DNA of 64,000 nt from Candidatus Dadabacteria bacterium. GTDB taxonomy: Bacteria; Desulfobacterota_D; UBA1144; Nemesobacterales; CSP1-2. Location: NCBI GenBank assembly GCA_963805855.1, contig CAWDVW010000005.1:832001-896000 (forward strand), read 5' to 3'. Made by a program: the position numbers and the translations under genes. The notes under the pieces were generated by a model. It saw only the letters and a list, made by a program, of their open reading frames with translations, was not told where the DNA came from and did not search any database. Numbering within the stretch: the stretch's first letter is position 1; each line of letters starts with the position of its first letter. Shown in pieces: positions 19,343-29,320 of this stretch.

Positions 19343-21496
19343 TTATTCATCGTAAAACTTTTTCCCCTGGCCCATATAATCTTGGAGGAGGTTGGATGGT
19401 ATAAAAAGTTGATCGTGTTTCGATGATAGAAACTCCAGCTTTTTGATCGTGTTTTCGATACCTAAGTTATCGATAAACTTGAAAGGCCCGCCCAGAAACG
19501 ATGGAAATCCAATCCCAATTACAGCACCAATGTCTCCGTCCCTTGGACTGCTTATAATCCCATCTTCAAGACATTTTACCGCTTCATTTATGATAGCGAA
19601 TGAGAGTCTCTCCTGTATCTCAAGCCTTGGGAAGTGTTCTCTAGATTTTCTAAAAGGTAGTAATTTGTATATGGATTTATTCACTATTTTTTTATCATTA
19701 TAGTATGAGTAGAAGGCTTTTCTGTTTTTTAACTGTTTATCCGTCCCTTCAAATAGGATATCAAGCTTTGAAGCAGCCTTAAATCTCTCCCCAAAAGCCT
19801 CATACATTGTGTTTGACCAGCCGATAACTTCATCGATTCCCATTTTGTCCATGAATATAAAGGGACCTTCCCGATATCCCAATTCAATCATTGCATTATC
19901 GATTTCCTCTAATGACCCTACTTCGCTGAGGAGGCGTATGGCTTCATTTATATACGCAAGTATTACCCTGTTGGTGAAAAAGCCTGTCCCCTCCTTTACT
20001 ACTATCGGAATCTTCCCAATGTGCTTAGAAAAATCAAGTACCGTAGCAATGGTAGAGTCCGAAGTATGTTGTGTTATAACAATTTCAGTTAGAGGGTTTT
20101 CGTACATTGGCAGTGAAAAATGAATTCCAACGATTTTATCCAATCGTTTCAGGCGATTGCATGCCTTATTTAATTGAGCCGCACTAACGTTCGAGGCAAT
20201 AACGCATCCCTCACTTATCACGGATTCAACCTCATCCAAGATATTTAGTTTCAGATCTGATTCATCTCGAGTAGTATCGAATACAATGTCTGCCCTTTTA
20301 AATCCTGAATAATCACTGGTACAACTAACCAATTCGAATCCGTTTTCCAATTCAAACTTTGGAGGTTCGTCCCTATTGTATTTATCTTTAAAGTATTCAT
20401 GACAGTCCTTTAGTGCCCTACCTATGCTTGATTCATCTTTATCCATCAGCCTAACTGTAAAACCATTATCGGCAGCCAGCGCTGCAAGAACAGAGCCAAT
20501 TTGCGCTGCACCAACTATACCGACCTTTCTAATCTTCTTTGGTTTGATACCATTTGCTCGAACGACGGGATCGTGTTTTATATCGTCCGAAGCAAGGGAC
20601 AGATGAATCAGATTGTGAGATACCTCACCAGAAGCAAGCTCGCCAAAGTAAACCGACTCGACATGTAGTCCTCTACTGAAGCTGGAGTTTAGTCCAACTT
20701 CCATTGCTTCAATTGACATTATCGGAGCCAGATTTCTATTGTTTGTCTTAACCAATGCCTTTTTTCTTTTCTTTTTAAGCAGAAGATTCCTTAGAACGGA
20801 ATTGCTATAATAAAACGTTTTTAGTCGGTTACTTGCTCGTGAACGCTTTGATCTAATCTTTCCCTTTATTAATTCGAGCGCTCGCATTTTCCCAATTTCC
20901 AATAATGCCTCATTGGGTACTATTTCGTCTATGATCCTAATTGCCCTGGCCTCCTGAGAATTTATGGTCTTTCCTGTGGTCATTAAATCAATAGCACACG
21001 ATGTACCTACTTGGAGTGGTAGTCTTTGCGTTCCACCTCCGCCGCATATTAAACCCAGCTTTATATCGGGGAATCCAAATAGGGTATTTGGCCCATCTGT
21101 CGCAATTCTATATTTGGATGCGAGGCATATTTCTAACCCTATACCAAAACAGCCTCCATTTATCGCTGCTAAAAATGGAATCCTGGATCTCTCAATTTTT
21201 TCTATTACTTCCTGTATTCTAAGGCTATAAGATCGACCTTCGTCGGCTGCCTTGAATTTAAAGAGCTCTCTGAGATCCAATCCTGAAATAAAATAATCCT
21301 GCTTCCCGCTTATGAGAACTATTGCTTTGGTTTCATTTCCTCCCTCTATCTTACTTTTTTCATTTTCTAGCTCGTTTAATAAGCTTTCGATTTCTATTAT
21401 ATGCTCCAGGGAAAGTCTGTTTTCCATCACATCGGGAGCTTCAATTGTCACTATCCCGATTTGTTTATCGTCTACTTCAAAGGAACATATTTTCAT
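19343..21496 (-). CDS. Fatty acid oxidation complex alpha subunit (FadJ-like), divergent
   Basis: Crotonase domain GGGGTQRLP, HAD domain, DGDIGAVIGIGFP. Confidence 0.85.
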   Translation of the reverse strand: MKICSFEVDDKQIGIVTIEAPDVMENRLSLEHIIEIESLLNELENEKSKIEGGNETKAIVLISGKQDYFISGLDLRELFKFKAADEGRSYSLRIQEVIEKIERSRIPFLAAINGGCFGIGLEICLASKYRIATDGPNTLFGFPDIKLGLICGGGGTQRLPLQVGTSCAIDLMTTGKTINSQEARAIRIIDEIVPNEALLEIGKMRALELIKGKIRSKRSRASNRLKTFYYSNSVLRNLLLKKKRKKALVKTNNRNLAPIMSIEAMEVGLNSSFSRGLHVESVYFGELASGEVSHNLIHLSLASDDIKHDPVVRANGIKPKKIRKVGIVGAAQIGSVLAALAADNGFTVRLMDKDESSIGRALKDCHEYFKDKYNRDEPPKFELENGFELVSCTSDYSGFKRADIVFDTTRDESDLKLNILDEVESVISEGCVIASNVSAAQLNKACNRLKRLDKIVGIHFSLPMYENPLTEIVITQHTSDSTIATVLDFSKHIGKIPIVVKEGTGFFTNRVILAYINEAIRLLSEVGSLEEIDNAMIELGYREGPFIFMDKMGIDEVIGWSNTMYEAFGERFKAASKLDILFEGTDKQLKNRKAFYSYYNDKKIVNKSIYKLLPFRKSREHFPRLEIQERLSFAIINEAVKCLEDGIISSPRDGDIGAVIGIGFPSFLGGPFKFIDNLGIENTIKKLEFLSSKHDQLFIPSNLLQDYMGQGKKFYDE

Positions 21497-21514
21497 TTAA
21501 CTTTCCTGACTTAA

Positions 21515-22822
21515 TTAATCTCTCTCGAGAATCATAGTGGCGCCTAGTCCACCGGCTGCACAGGATGTAGCCATACCGAAGTTTTTACCACGCCTCTTCA
21601 GCTCATTCAAAAGGGTGATAGTTAGCCTGATTCCCGTAGAACCAGACGGGTGACCAATTGCAATCGAGCCGCCCAGTACGTTTAGCTTATCAAGATCAAT
21701 TTCTCCAATGGGTGAGCTTTTCCCAAGTCTATCTGCAGCGAATTTTTTAGATGAAAATGCATTTAAGTTTGAAAGAACTTGGGATGCGGATGCCTCGTGC
21801 ATCTCTATTAAATCGACATCACGCAAACCAAGACCGGCCCTCTCCAAAGCGATCGCGGTTGCATAGACAGGACCCATGAGCACTTGATCTTTTGGAGATT
21901 GTGCAGAATAGGCGAATGACTTGATATACCCCAGCGGGTCGTATCCCATCTCTTTTGCCTTTTCCTCCGACATCATAAGTACTACACTCGCACCATCTGA
22001 AAGTGGCGAAGAATTGCCTTCTGTGACAGTACCATAAATTTTATCGGAAATCGGTCTTAGCTTCGCCAGATCTTCTATTCTTATATCTTTGCGAACTCCG
22101 TTGTCAAACCTCACTGCAGTTGAAAAATTGGGTGGGACAAACAGGCTAATGACTTCGTTTTGAAGCCTTGCATCCTCTGTAGCCTGAAAGGCAAGCCTGT
22201 GGCTGCGCAATGAAAATGCATCCTGATCATTACGGCTTATGTGGTTTTCTTTAGCGATTTGTTCGGCATATTTAGCCATGGATATCCCCCCGGATAATTC
22301 GGCGATCTCTCGGGGATTTGGGACAATATCTCGAATTCGCAGCTTAATTAATTGCTGAAGTTTTCTCATAGGGTTGCGGGTCTTCGCGTACTCTTTGAAT
22401 ATTTTTCTAGATCTCTTGTTATACAAAATCGGCAGGCTGGATATCGACTCTGTTCCTCCTGCCAAAACGACGTCATAATTCCCTAACATTATACCCTCGG
22501 CGGCGTTTGTAACGGCTCGGAATGATGATAAGCACGCGCTTGAGAGGGTATAAGCTGGAACATCGATTGGCATGCCAGCACCAAGTGCGATCTCTCTGGA
22601 AAGATTCAATGTTTTTATGATTGGTATTGCCGTACCAAAAATTACTTCTTCTATGCTTTCAGGATCTATTTCAGAGCGGTTTAAGAGTTCGGTTGTAACC
22701 TTTTTACCTAAATCTAAAGAAGATAGATTTTCTATTAGCGTACCAGCTTTTATGAACGGGGTCCTGAGTCCATAAACAATAGCCGCTCGCCTCCCGTTTC
22801 GGTAGAGCTTATTCAAACGCAA
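21515..22822 (-). CDS. fadI: Acetyl-CoA C-acyltransferase (FadI-like thiolase)
   Basis: GLRTPF, SACLSS, MHEA, GGSIAIGHP, CAAGGLG. Confidence 0.85.
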   Translation of the reverse strand: MRLNKLYRNGRRAAIVYGLRTPFIKAGTLIENLSSLDLGKKVTTELLNRSEIDPESIEEVIFGTAIPIIKTLNLSREIALGAGMPIDVPAYTLSSACLSSFRAVTNAAEGIMLGNYDVVLAGGTESISSLPILYNKRSRKIFKEYAKTRNPMRKLQQLIKLRIRDIVPNPREIAELSGGISMAKYAEQIAKENHISRNDQDAFSLRSHRLAFQATEDARLQNEVISLFVPPNFSTAVRFDNGVRKDIRIEDLAKLRPISDKIYGTVTEGNSSPLSDGASVVLMMSEEKAKEMGYDPLGYIKSFAYSAQSPKDQVLMGPVYATAIALERAGLGLRDVDLIEMHEASASQVLSNLNAFSSKKFAADRLGKSSPIGEIDLDKLNVLGGSIAIGHPSGSTGIRLTITLLNELKRRGKNFGMATSCAAGGLGATMILERD

Positions 22823-23059
22823 CTCCCTTGAGAATAACGTATTATTTTATACACACTTGAGGATAGAACAAATGATATTTAAAGATAAAGCTAAAATTTA
22901 CATGAATTAAGACCAGTTTTGAAAAAAATCTCTATTTGACTATAATGTATGAAGGTAAATGCTCTATCGGCAAAGGAGAGAAATTTGTCGCTAGAGCATT
23001 TAGTTTTAATTGCCTTATTAATTCCAGTATTAAGAACTTGATTCAAAGGTATCATAAAA

Positions 23060-24364
23060 ATGAGAAATAATAGCGAGCTTGAACGAGCGAACCAAAGTGA
23101 ATCATTCAATACTGCGCTTTCAAACGGCTACAGAAGAGTCAGGAAATTTTCCGAAGAACTAACTACGCCCCTTGAAACTGAAGATTATGTTATTCAGTCG
23201 ATGCCGGAGGTTAGTCCAACCAAGTGGCACCTAGCTCATACCAGCTGGTTTTTTGAGACATTTGTTCTATCCGAAGTAACCTCCAATTACAGATCACCTC
23301 ATCCACAGTTTAATTTTCTTTTCAATTCATACTATGTTCAAGTCGGTGAACGGCATTGTCGTCCAAAGCGAGGGCTTATATCGAGGCCTACAGTTGCGGA
23401 GGTTTTCGAATACAGACGCCACGTCGATCAGAAAATTTTGGAATTTCTTGAAATTGCAAATGAGGAGCGACTGAGAGAGATCGCTCCGGTTATTGAAATA
23501 GGTCTTCATCATGAACAGCAACATCAGGAATTAATGCTGACCGATATAAAACATGTATTTTCTGAAAATCCGCTTCGACCTGCTTACATGGGTAATGAGA
23601 AGAAACCTTCGGATCGACTACTACCTGACATTTATTGGATAGAATATCCAGAGGGTGTGTATGCAATCGGTCACAATGGGGGAGGTTTTTCATTTGATAA
23701 TGAAACTCCGATGCATAAGGAATATGCTAATCCATTTAAACTTGCCTCTAGGCTTGTTACCAATCGCGAATATCTCGAGTTCATAGAGAATGGAGGTTAT
23801 GAAAGACCTGAGATTTGGCTTTCAGACGGATGGAGCACAGTTGAGGCAAATGACTGGAATGCCCCATTATATTGGGAGAAAAAGAACGGCAGTTGGCAGT
23901 ATTTTACACTTTCGGGTATTCGCAAAATAGCGCTAGATGAACCAGTATGTCATGTGAGTTACTACGAGGCTGATGCATATGCCCGCTGGGCCGGTGCACG
24001 GCTTCCTACTGAGTCGGAATGGGAAATTGCCGCATCTAATCTATCAATAAAAGGAAATTTTGTAGAAAATGAGAATTATCATCCTATGGTTATATCGGTA
24101 GAGACAAATAATCGAGAGCCTGAGCAGATGTTCGGAGACGTATGGGAATGGACACGAAGTCCATACGGACCCTACCCAGGTTACACGACACTTCCCGGCG
24201 CACTAGGTGAATACAACGGGAAATTCATGTGTAATCAGATCGTACTTCGTGGCGGTTCTTGTGCTACTTCCAGGTCGCATATTAGAAAAACATACAGAAA
24301 TTTCTTCCCACCAAACGCAAGATGGCAATTCATGGGAATCCGGCTTGCAAAAGATGCAAAATAA
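23060..24364 (+). CDS. egtB: Ergothioneine biosynthesis sulfoxide synthase
   Basis: SPTKWHLAHTSWFFE, FNSYY, HHEQQHQE, GEYNGKFM, YRNFF. Confidence 0.93.
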   Translation: MRNNSELERANQSESFNTALSNGYRRVRKFSEELTTPLETEDYVIQSMPEVSPTKWHLAHTSWFFETFVLSEVTSNYRSPHPQFNFLFNSYYVQVGERHCRPKRGLISRPTVAEVFEYRRHVDQKILEFLEIANEERLREIAPVIEIGLHHEQQHQELMLTDIKHVFSENPLRPAYMGNEKKPSDRLLPDIYWIEYPEGVYAIGHNGGGFSFDNETPMHKEYANPFKLASRLVTNREYLEFIENGGYERPEIWLSDGWSTVEANDWNAPLYWEKKNGSWQYFTLSGIRKIALDEPVCHVSYYEADAYARWAGARLPTESEWEIAASNLSIKGNFVENENYHPMVISVETNNREPEQMFGDVWEWTRSPYGPYPGYTTLPGALGEYNGKFMCNQIVLRGGSCATSRSHIRKTYRNFFPPNARWQFMGIRLAKDAK

Positions 24365-25316
24365 CCTTCATGAATTAAATAAAATTGATCCACAGGAAAA
24401 AGATCTTTTATCCGAAGTCATCGAAGGTCTAGGACAGCCGCAGAAGAAACTCCCTTCTAAGCTCTTTTACGATCAAAGAGGCTCTGAACTGTTTGATCAG
24501 ATTTGTAACCTCGACGAGTATTATCTGACTAGGACTGAGATGTGGATTATGAATCATTATATTGACGAAATTGCGGAATTGATCGGGAAGAAGTGTTTAC
24601 TGATAGAGTTGGGCAGCGGCAGCAGCACGAAGGTTCGATTGCTCCTAGACCATCTAATCGATCCCGTTGGTTATGTACCTATAGATATTTCTTCCGAGCA
24701 TTTGATTAAAGCTTCAGATTCACTCGCCGCGGATTACCCAAGTATTAAGATTATTCCCGTCTATGCCGATTACACACAGCCATTCGATTTCCCAGATATT
24801 ACATTTAGTTACTCCAAAAAGGTTGTGTACTACCCGGGCTCTACGATTGGAAATTTCACACCCAGATATGCGGCACGTTTCATCAGTCGCATTGCAAACA
24901 GGTCCGGCAAAGGGAGCGGGCTGCTTATCGGAATCGATCTAAAAAAGGATAAAGATACCTTAGAGGCTGCTTATAATGACAGGTATGGGGTTACCGCAGC
25001 ATTCAACCTGAATATTCTTGAAAGACTCAATAGAGAGCTTGGAGCAGACTTTGATACGAGCCAGTGGAAACACCGCGCTTTTTATAATGATGACGAAGGT
25101 AGAATAGAAATGCACTTGGTAAGCCTGGAGCATCAACGAGTAAATGTGAACGGAACGCCGATAAAATTGAAAAAAGATGAAACAATATTGACAGAATTTT
25201 CTTATAAATATACAAACGAAGAATTCGAAAATCTGGTCAGCAATAGTTTTGAATTAGTTAAGGTCTGGACAGACCAAGATGAAAAGTTCAGCATACAATA
25301 TCTAATGGCTCGTTAA
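24354..25316 (+). CDS. egtD: L-histidine N-alpha-methyltransferase
   Basis: KLFYDQRGSELF, EYYLTRTE, ELGSG, PGSTIGNF, AYND-GVTAAFN; ATG at 24354 overlaps the egtB end. Confidence 0.93.
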   Translation: MQNNLHELNKIDPQEKDLLSEVIEGLGQPQKKLPSKLFYDQRGSELFDQICNLDEYYLTRTEMWIMNHYIDEIAELIGKKCLLIELGSGSSTKVRLLLDHLIDPVGYVPIDISSEHLIKASDSLAADYPSIKIIPVYADYTQPFDFPDITFSYSKKVVYYPGSTIGNFTPRYAARFISRIANRSGKGSGLLIGIDLKKDKDTLEAAYNDRYGVTAAFNLNILERLNRELGADFDTSQWKHRAFYNDDEGRIEMHLVSLEHQRVNVNGTPIKLKKDETILTEFSYKYTNEEFENLVSNSFELVKVWTDQDEKFSIQYLMAR

Positions 25317-25500
25317 CCATCTATTAATCCACCAAACCTTCAAGCTACGGATGGCAGAAATGTTCAAGAAAGATTAAATACTAGCAAAAATGTCATCCTG
25401 GAATCCTTTGGGCGAGACCCCCACCTTCTAAAGCCAAACCAAGTTTAACCTGATGTTGTCGAATGGGAATTGTTCCTATAGTATTTACTGATCGAAAGCA

Positions 25501-26799
25501 ATGCCTATCCAAAAGAATAGAAAAGATTTAAATGACCTCATTCGTGATGAGTACGGGGAAATTTTATCCACGTTTACGAGACTATTTGGCATTGAATACC
25601 TGGAGCTGGCAGAAAAAATCATTGACGAGGCCTATGCCAAGGCAAGGTCTAATTCTCAATCCAAGGGTATTCCAAAAAACATTAAAGGCTGGCTTTGGAA
25701 TATAGCAAAGATTAGAGGCAGTGAAATTCTTAGGCGCGAAAACAAACTGTATGATTATGGTCTCACTATGAACCAGATAAGCGGAGAGGAGTTCAAGAAA
25801 CTCATCAAACTTGACGATGAACTACTCATAGATAATCAGCTTAGAATGTTATTTGTCTGCTGCCATCCATCGATCCCCAGGGGATCACAGGTTACGCTTA
25901 CACTTAAATTTTTGCGCGGTCTTAATAATCGAGAAATTGCAACTGTTCTCCTCGCGAATGAATCGACTATTGCAAGAAGATTAGAGGAAGGTAGACTGAC
26001 GGTTAAGAAGCTTAGGATTCACTATGAACTCCCAGAAACATCTGAACAATGTCAAAGACTCGAATCAGTGCTTTCGACTCTAAATCACATATTCAAGCTT
26101 GGATACGACCATTATGGTGGCAAAAGTCAGAACAAGATCGAGTTATGCCAAGAATCAATCAAACTAACAACCCTTCTGACCAATCATAAAAAAACCAACA
26201 GACCAGAGACACACGCGCTTCTGTCACTTATGCTGTTTGAAACCTCAAGGTTGCCAGGGAGATTTCATGAGGAAGGAAGACTCTTGGATCTGCGAGAACA
26301 AGATCGTTCGCTTTGGGATAGAAAAATGATAAATAAAGGGCTATATCATCTCGATATATCCACCAATAGTAAATATGTTTCTGAATATCACCTGCGGGCC
26401 GGAATTTCAGCTTGCCACGCAATCGCGGACAGTTATGAGAAAACCGACTGGAGGAGAATCCTTTTACTCTATGAGAACTACTTGAAGCTGAATGACGATC
26501 CCGAAGTTCACCTTGAGAGAGCCATAGTTTTTTCCAGTATTTTTGGGGCGGGGGAAGACATTAATGAAATAAAAAGAATTCGCAGATCAAAACAACTCCA
26601 ATCAAACCATAGACTTTACTCAATATTGGGCGATCTACATTTACGGTTAAACAACTTCAAAGAGGCACTAGAGAATTATAAGACTGCCATGAAACATGCA
26701 AACGCAAAAGATGATCAATCATTTTACCGGAAAAGAATTGAAATTTGCCAAAATCGACTAAGAATCACAAATAGATACAAACATCAAAAGTCCTTCTGA
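25501..26799 (+). CDS. ECF42-like sigma factor with DUF6596/TPR extension, divergent
   Basis: LRMLFVCCHP, QDRSLWD, YHLRAGISACH, TDW, C-terminal TPR. Confidence 0.8.
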   Translation: MPIQKNRKDLNDLIRDEYGEILSTFTRLFGIEYLELAEKIIDEAYAKARSNSQSKGIPKNIKGWLWNIAKIRGSEILRRENKLYDYGLTMNQISGEEFKKLIKLDDELLIDNQLRMLFVCCHPSIPRGSQVTLTLKFLRGLNNREIATVLLANESTIARRLEEGRLTVKKLRIHYELPETSEQCQRLESVLSTLNHIFKLGYDHYGGKSQNKIELCQESIKLTTLLTNHKKTNRPETHALLSLMLFETSRLPGRFHEEGRLLDLREQDRSLWDRKMINKGLYHLDISTNSKYVSEYHLRAGISACHAIADSYEKTDWRRILLLYENYLKLNDDPEVHLERAIVFSSIFGAGEDINEIKRIRRSKQLQSNHRLYSILGDLHLRLNNFKEALENYKTAMKHANAKDDQSFYRKRIEICQNRLRITNRYKHQKSF

Positions 26800-26815
26800 A
26801 AAATCTGTCGACTCA

Positions 26816-27565
26816 ATGATTAAGCTTCATAACATTTCAAAAACATTTGGCAAAACCAAAGCACTTCATACTACTACTTTAGATCTCCAACCCCGAAGCA
26901 CGACTGTTATTATTGGTCCAAGCGGTTGTGGTAAATCTACCCTCCTGAGGCTGATAATAGGACTCATAAAACCGGATAATGGAAATATCTACGTAGAAGG
27001 AGAAATGATTAGTCCCCAGAATTTATATTCAATTAGGCATAAGGTGGGTTATGTAATTCAGGATGGGGGTCTTTTTGCGCATCTCAATGCACGAGAAAAC
27101 ATTTCACTGCTGGGCACTTACTTAGGTCATGAGAAATCGCAGATCGAGAGTCGAATAAACGAGCTTTGTGAATTAACGAAATACCCCGTTGATGCATTGG
27201 ATAGGTATCCATCACAAATCTCAGGTGGACAGCGGCAGCGTGTGAGCCTAATGAGAGCGCTTATGTTGGATCCCGTCATACTCTTGCTTGATGAACCCCT
27301 TGGAGCCCTAGATCCATTAATACGTTTTGAGCTTCAAAACGATTTAAAGGAAATATTTAAGATATTGGGTAAGACTGTGGTAATGGTTACGCATGATATA
27401 GGTGAAGCTGGATTTTTTGGACACAAGATTGTCTTACTTAGGGATGGGATAATCATCCAAGAAGGAACAATAAATGACTTAGTGAATAATCCATCTGAAA
27501 CTTTTGTAACTGAATTTATTAAAGCGCAAAGAAGTCCATTGGAATCTATGAATCAGGATTCATGA
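26816..27565 (+). CDS. Osmoprotectant-type ABC ATPase (OpuCA/EgtV-like, no CBS domains)
   Basis: GPSGCGKS, GYVIQDGGLF, ISGGQRQR, LDEPLGALDP. Confidence 0.88.
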   Translation: MIKLHNISKTFGKTKALHTTTLDLQPRSTTVIIGPSGCGKSTLLRLIIGLIKPDNGNIYVEGEMISPQNLYSIRHKVGYVIQDGGLFAHLNARENISLLGTYLGHEKSQIESRINELCELTKYPVDALDRYPSQISGGQRQRVSLMRALMLDPVILLLDEPLGALDPLIRFELQNDLKEIFKILGKTVVMVTHDIGEAGFFGHKIVLLRDGIIIQEGTINDLVNNPSETFVTEFIKAQRSPLESMNQDS

Positions 27566-27598
27566 TGCAGGATGCATGATGCAAGATACAGGATGCAG
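27557..27598 (+). repeat. Heptamer tandem array (GATGCAN-like x6)
   Basis: gattcat gatgcag gatgcat gatgcaa gatacag gatgcag. Confidence 0.85.
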
Positions 27599-27672
27599 GT
27601 AACAGGTAGGAGCGGACACCTTCGATGCATTCAGCACAGGCTTGCTGGTACATCTATTTGAAAAATAAACCG

Positions 27673-29250
27673 ATGAAAATCCTCATATCATTAGTGTCGT
27701 TCGAATTCGATTCTCGTTTGTCACTGCGAGCCGCTTATGGCGGCGCGGCAATCTCATTCTTAAGGATTAGGTATTTATTATTTATTCTGTTAGCGGTGTT
27801 CGCTGCTGAGGCTTTTGCAAAAAGTGAAATAAAGGTGGGTTCAAAAAAGTTCACAGAATCCGTGATATTAGGAGAATTAGTATCTCAACTGGCTCGGAAT
27901 GCTGGAATTGACGTTCAATACAGAGAGGAGCTTGGAGGAACCAGGGTGCTTTGGAACGCCCTTCTAAGAGGAGATATTGATATTTACCCCGAATACACGG
28001 GAACTATCATTGAGGAGATACTATCCAAAGAGAATGTTTCCGACGAGGAAGAACTAAGAAATGCTCTGTCCGAAAAAGGCATTCTCGTAAGCGAACCGTT
28101 AGGGTTTAATAACACGTATGCGCTGGGAATGAAGGAGGAGGTTGCTGAAAAACTGGGCATCACAACGATATCGGACTTGCGCAGGTACCCCAACCTGAAA
28201 TTTGGTTTTACAAATGAATTTATGAATCGCCGGGATGGCTGGCAAAGTCTAAAAACCGTGTATCACTTGCCGCAGAGGAATGTTACGGGATTGGACCACG
28301 ACCTTGCCTACCGGGGAGTTGAAAGCGGTGATATCGATGTAGTTGATCTGTATTCGACTGATGCAGAGATCGAATACTATAATTTGAGACGGTTGAAGGA
28401 CGATCGGAACCACTTCACGAACTATAACGCAGTCCTACTTTACCGTTCTGAACTTAAGGAACAAACCCCGGAGGCGCTCAAAATGATATCGAAGCTTCAG
28501 GGTAAAATCTCTGAAGAAGATATGATTAAGATGAATGCACTGGTAAAGATAGATGGAGAGCCCGAGTCTGTGGTTGCGGCGAAGTTCTTGAAGAAGAATT
28601 TACACACAATTACACATCCAATAAAGTACTCATTTTTGATACGGCTTTGGCATAATACACTACAGCATCTTTTTCTCGTCGCGGTCTCCCTTTCGGCTGC
28701 GATTCTGATATCAATACCGCTAGGAATTTGGGCTCACCAAAACGAGAGGCTAGGTCAAGCGATTTTGGGCATTGTCGGGATAATTCAGACTATTCCATCC
28801 CTCGCATTGCTTGTTTTTATGATTCCGCTTCTAGGAATAGGTGCTACACCCGCAATTGTTGCACTATTTCTATATAGCCTGCTCCCGATCGTCCGTAACA
28901 CTTACACCGGCCTACATGATATCCCATCCAATATCCGGGAATCCGCCGAGGCCCTGGGGTTACCGTATTTTGCCAGGCTCAGACTTGTGGAATTGCCAAT
29001 GGCATCCAGGTCCATAATAGGTGGAATCAAAACCTCTGCAGTGATAAATGTTGGGACCGCCACGCTTGGTGCTTTAATAGGCGCGGGTGGATATGGCGAA
29101 CCAATCCTCACAGGAATTCGTCTTGATAACATCCCCCTTATCCTTGAAGGAGCCGTCCCCGCCGCCATTTTAGCACTTCTCGTGCAAGGGTTATTTGATT
29201 TATCAGAATTCGTTTTCGTGCCAAAGGGGTTGCGAATGAAGTCTGAATAA
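27673..29250 (+). CDS. Fused betaine-type substrate-binding protein + permease (OpuBC/EgtU-like); start uncertain
   Basis: VGSKKFTES, YPEYTGT, GFNNTYAL, YSTD; permease QTIPSLAL, LYSLLPIVRNT, GAGGYG. Confidence 0.88.
   Translation: MKILISLVSFEFDSRLSLRAAYGGAAISFLRIRYLLFILLAVFAAEAFAKSEIKVGSKKFTESVILGELVSQLARNAGIDVQYREELGGTRVLWNALLRGDIDIYPEYTGTIIEEILSKENVSDEEELRNALSEKGILVSEPLGFNNTYALGMKEEVAEKLGITTISDLRRYPNLKFGFTNEFMNRRDGWQSLKTVYHLPQRNVTGLDHDLAYRGVESGDIDVVDLYSTDAEIEYYNLRRLKDDRNHFTNYNAVLLYRSELKEQTPEALKMISKLQGKISEEDMIKMNALVKIDGEPESVVAAKFLKKNLHTITHPIKYSFLIRLWHNTLQHLFLVAVSLSAAILISIPLGIWAHQNERLGQAILGIVGIIQTIPSLALLVFMIPLLGIGATPAIVALFLYSLLPIVRNTYTGLHDIPSNIRESAEALGLPYFARLRLVELPMASRSIIGGIKTSAVINVGTATLGALIGAGGYGEPILTGIRLDNIPLILEGAVPAAILALLVQGLFDLSEFVFVPKGLRMKSE
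27719..27755 (+). repeat. Small palindromic element inside the permease 5' coding region
   Basis: tgtcactgcga-gccgc-ttatg-gcggc-gcggcaatctc. Confidence 0.55.
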
Positions 29251-29278
29251 ACTCTTTTTTAACCTCCCGAAGTTAGAT

Positions 29279-29320
29279 CTTTATCATGCATCTTGCATCG
29301 TGTATCCTGCATACTGCATT
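29279..29320 (-). repeat. Heptamer tandem array, inverted relative to 27557-27598
   Basis: + strand ctttatc atgcatc ttgcatc gtgtatc ctgcata ctgcatt. Confidence 0.8.

Noticed and set aside
24207-24353. Long N-terminus of the EgtD ORF
   Set aside because: Overlaps the conserved egtB C-terminus; ATG 24354 is the plausible start
23060-24364. Selenoneine (SenA) or ovothiol (OvoA) assignment
   Set aside because: No senB or selD neighbours and no fused methyltransferase; paired with egtD
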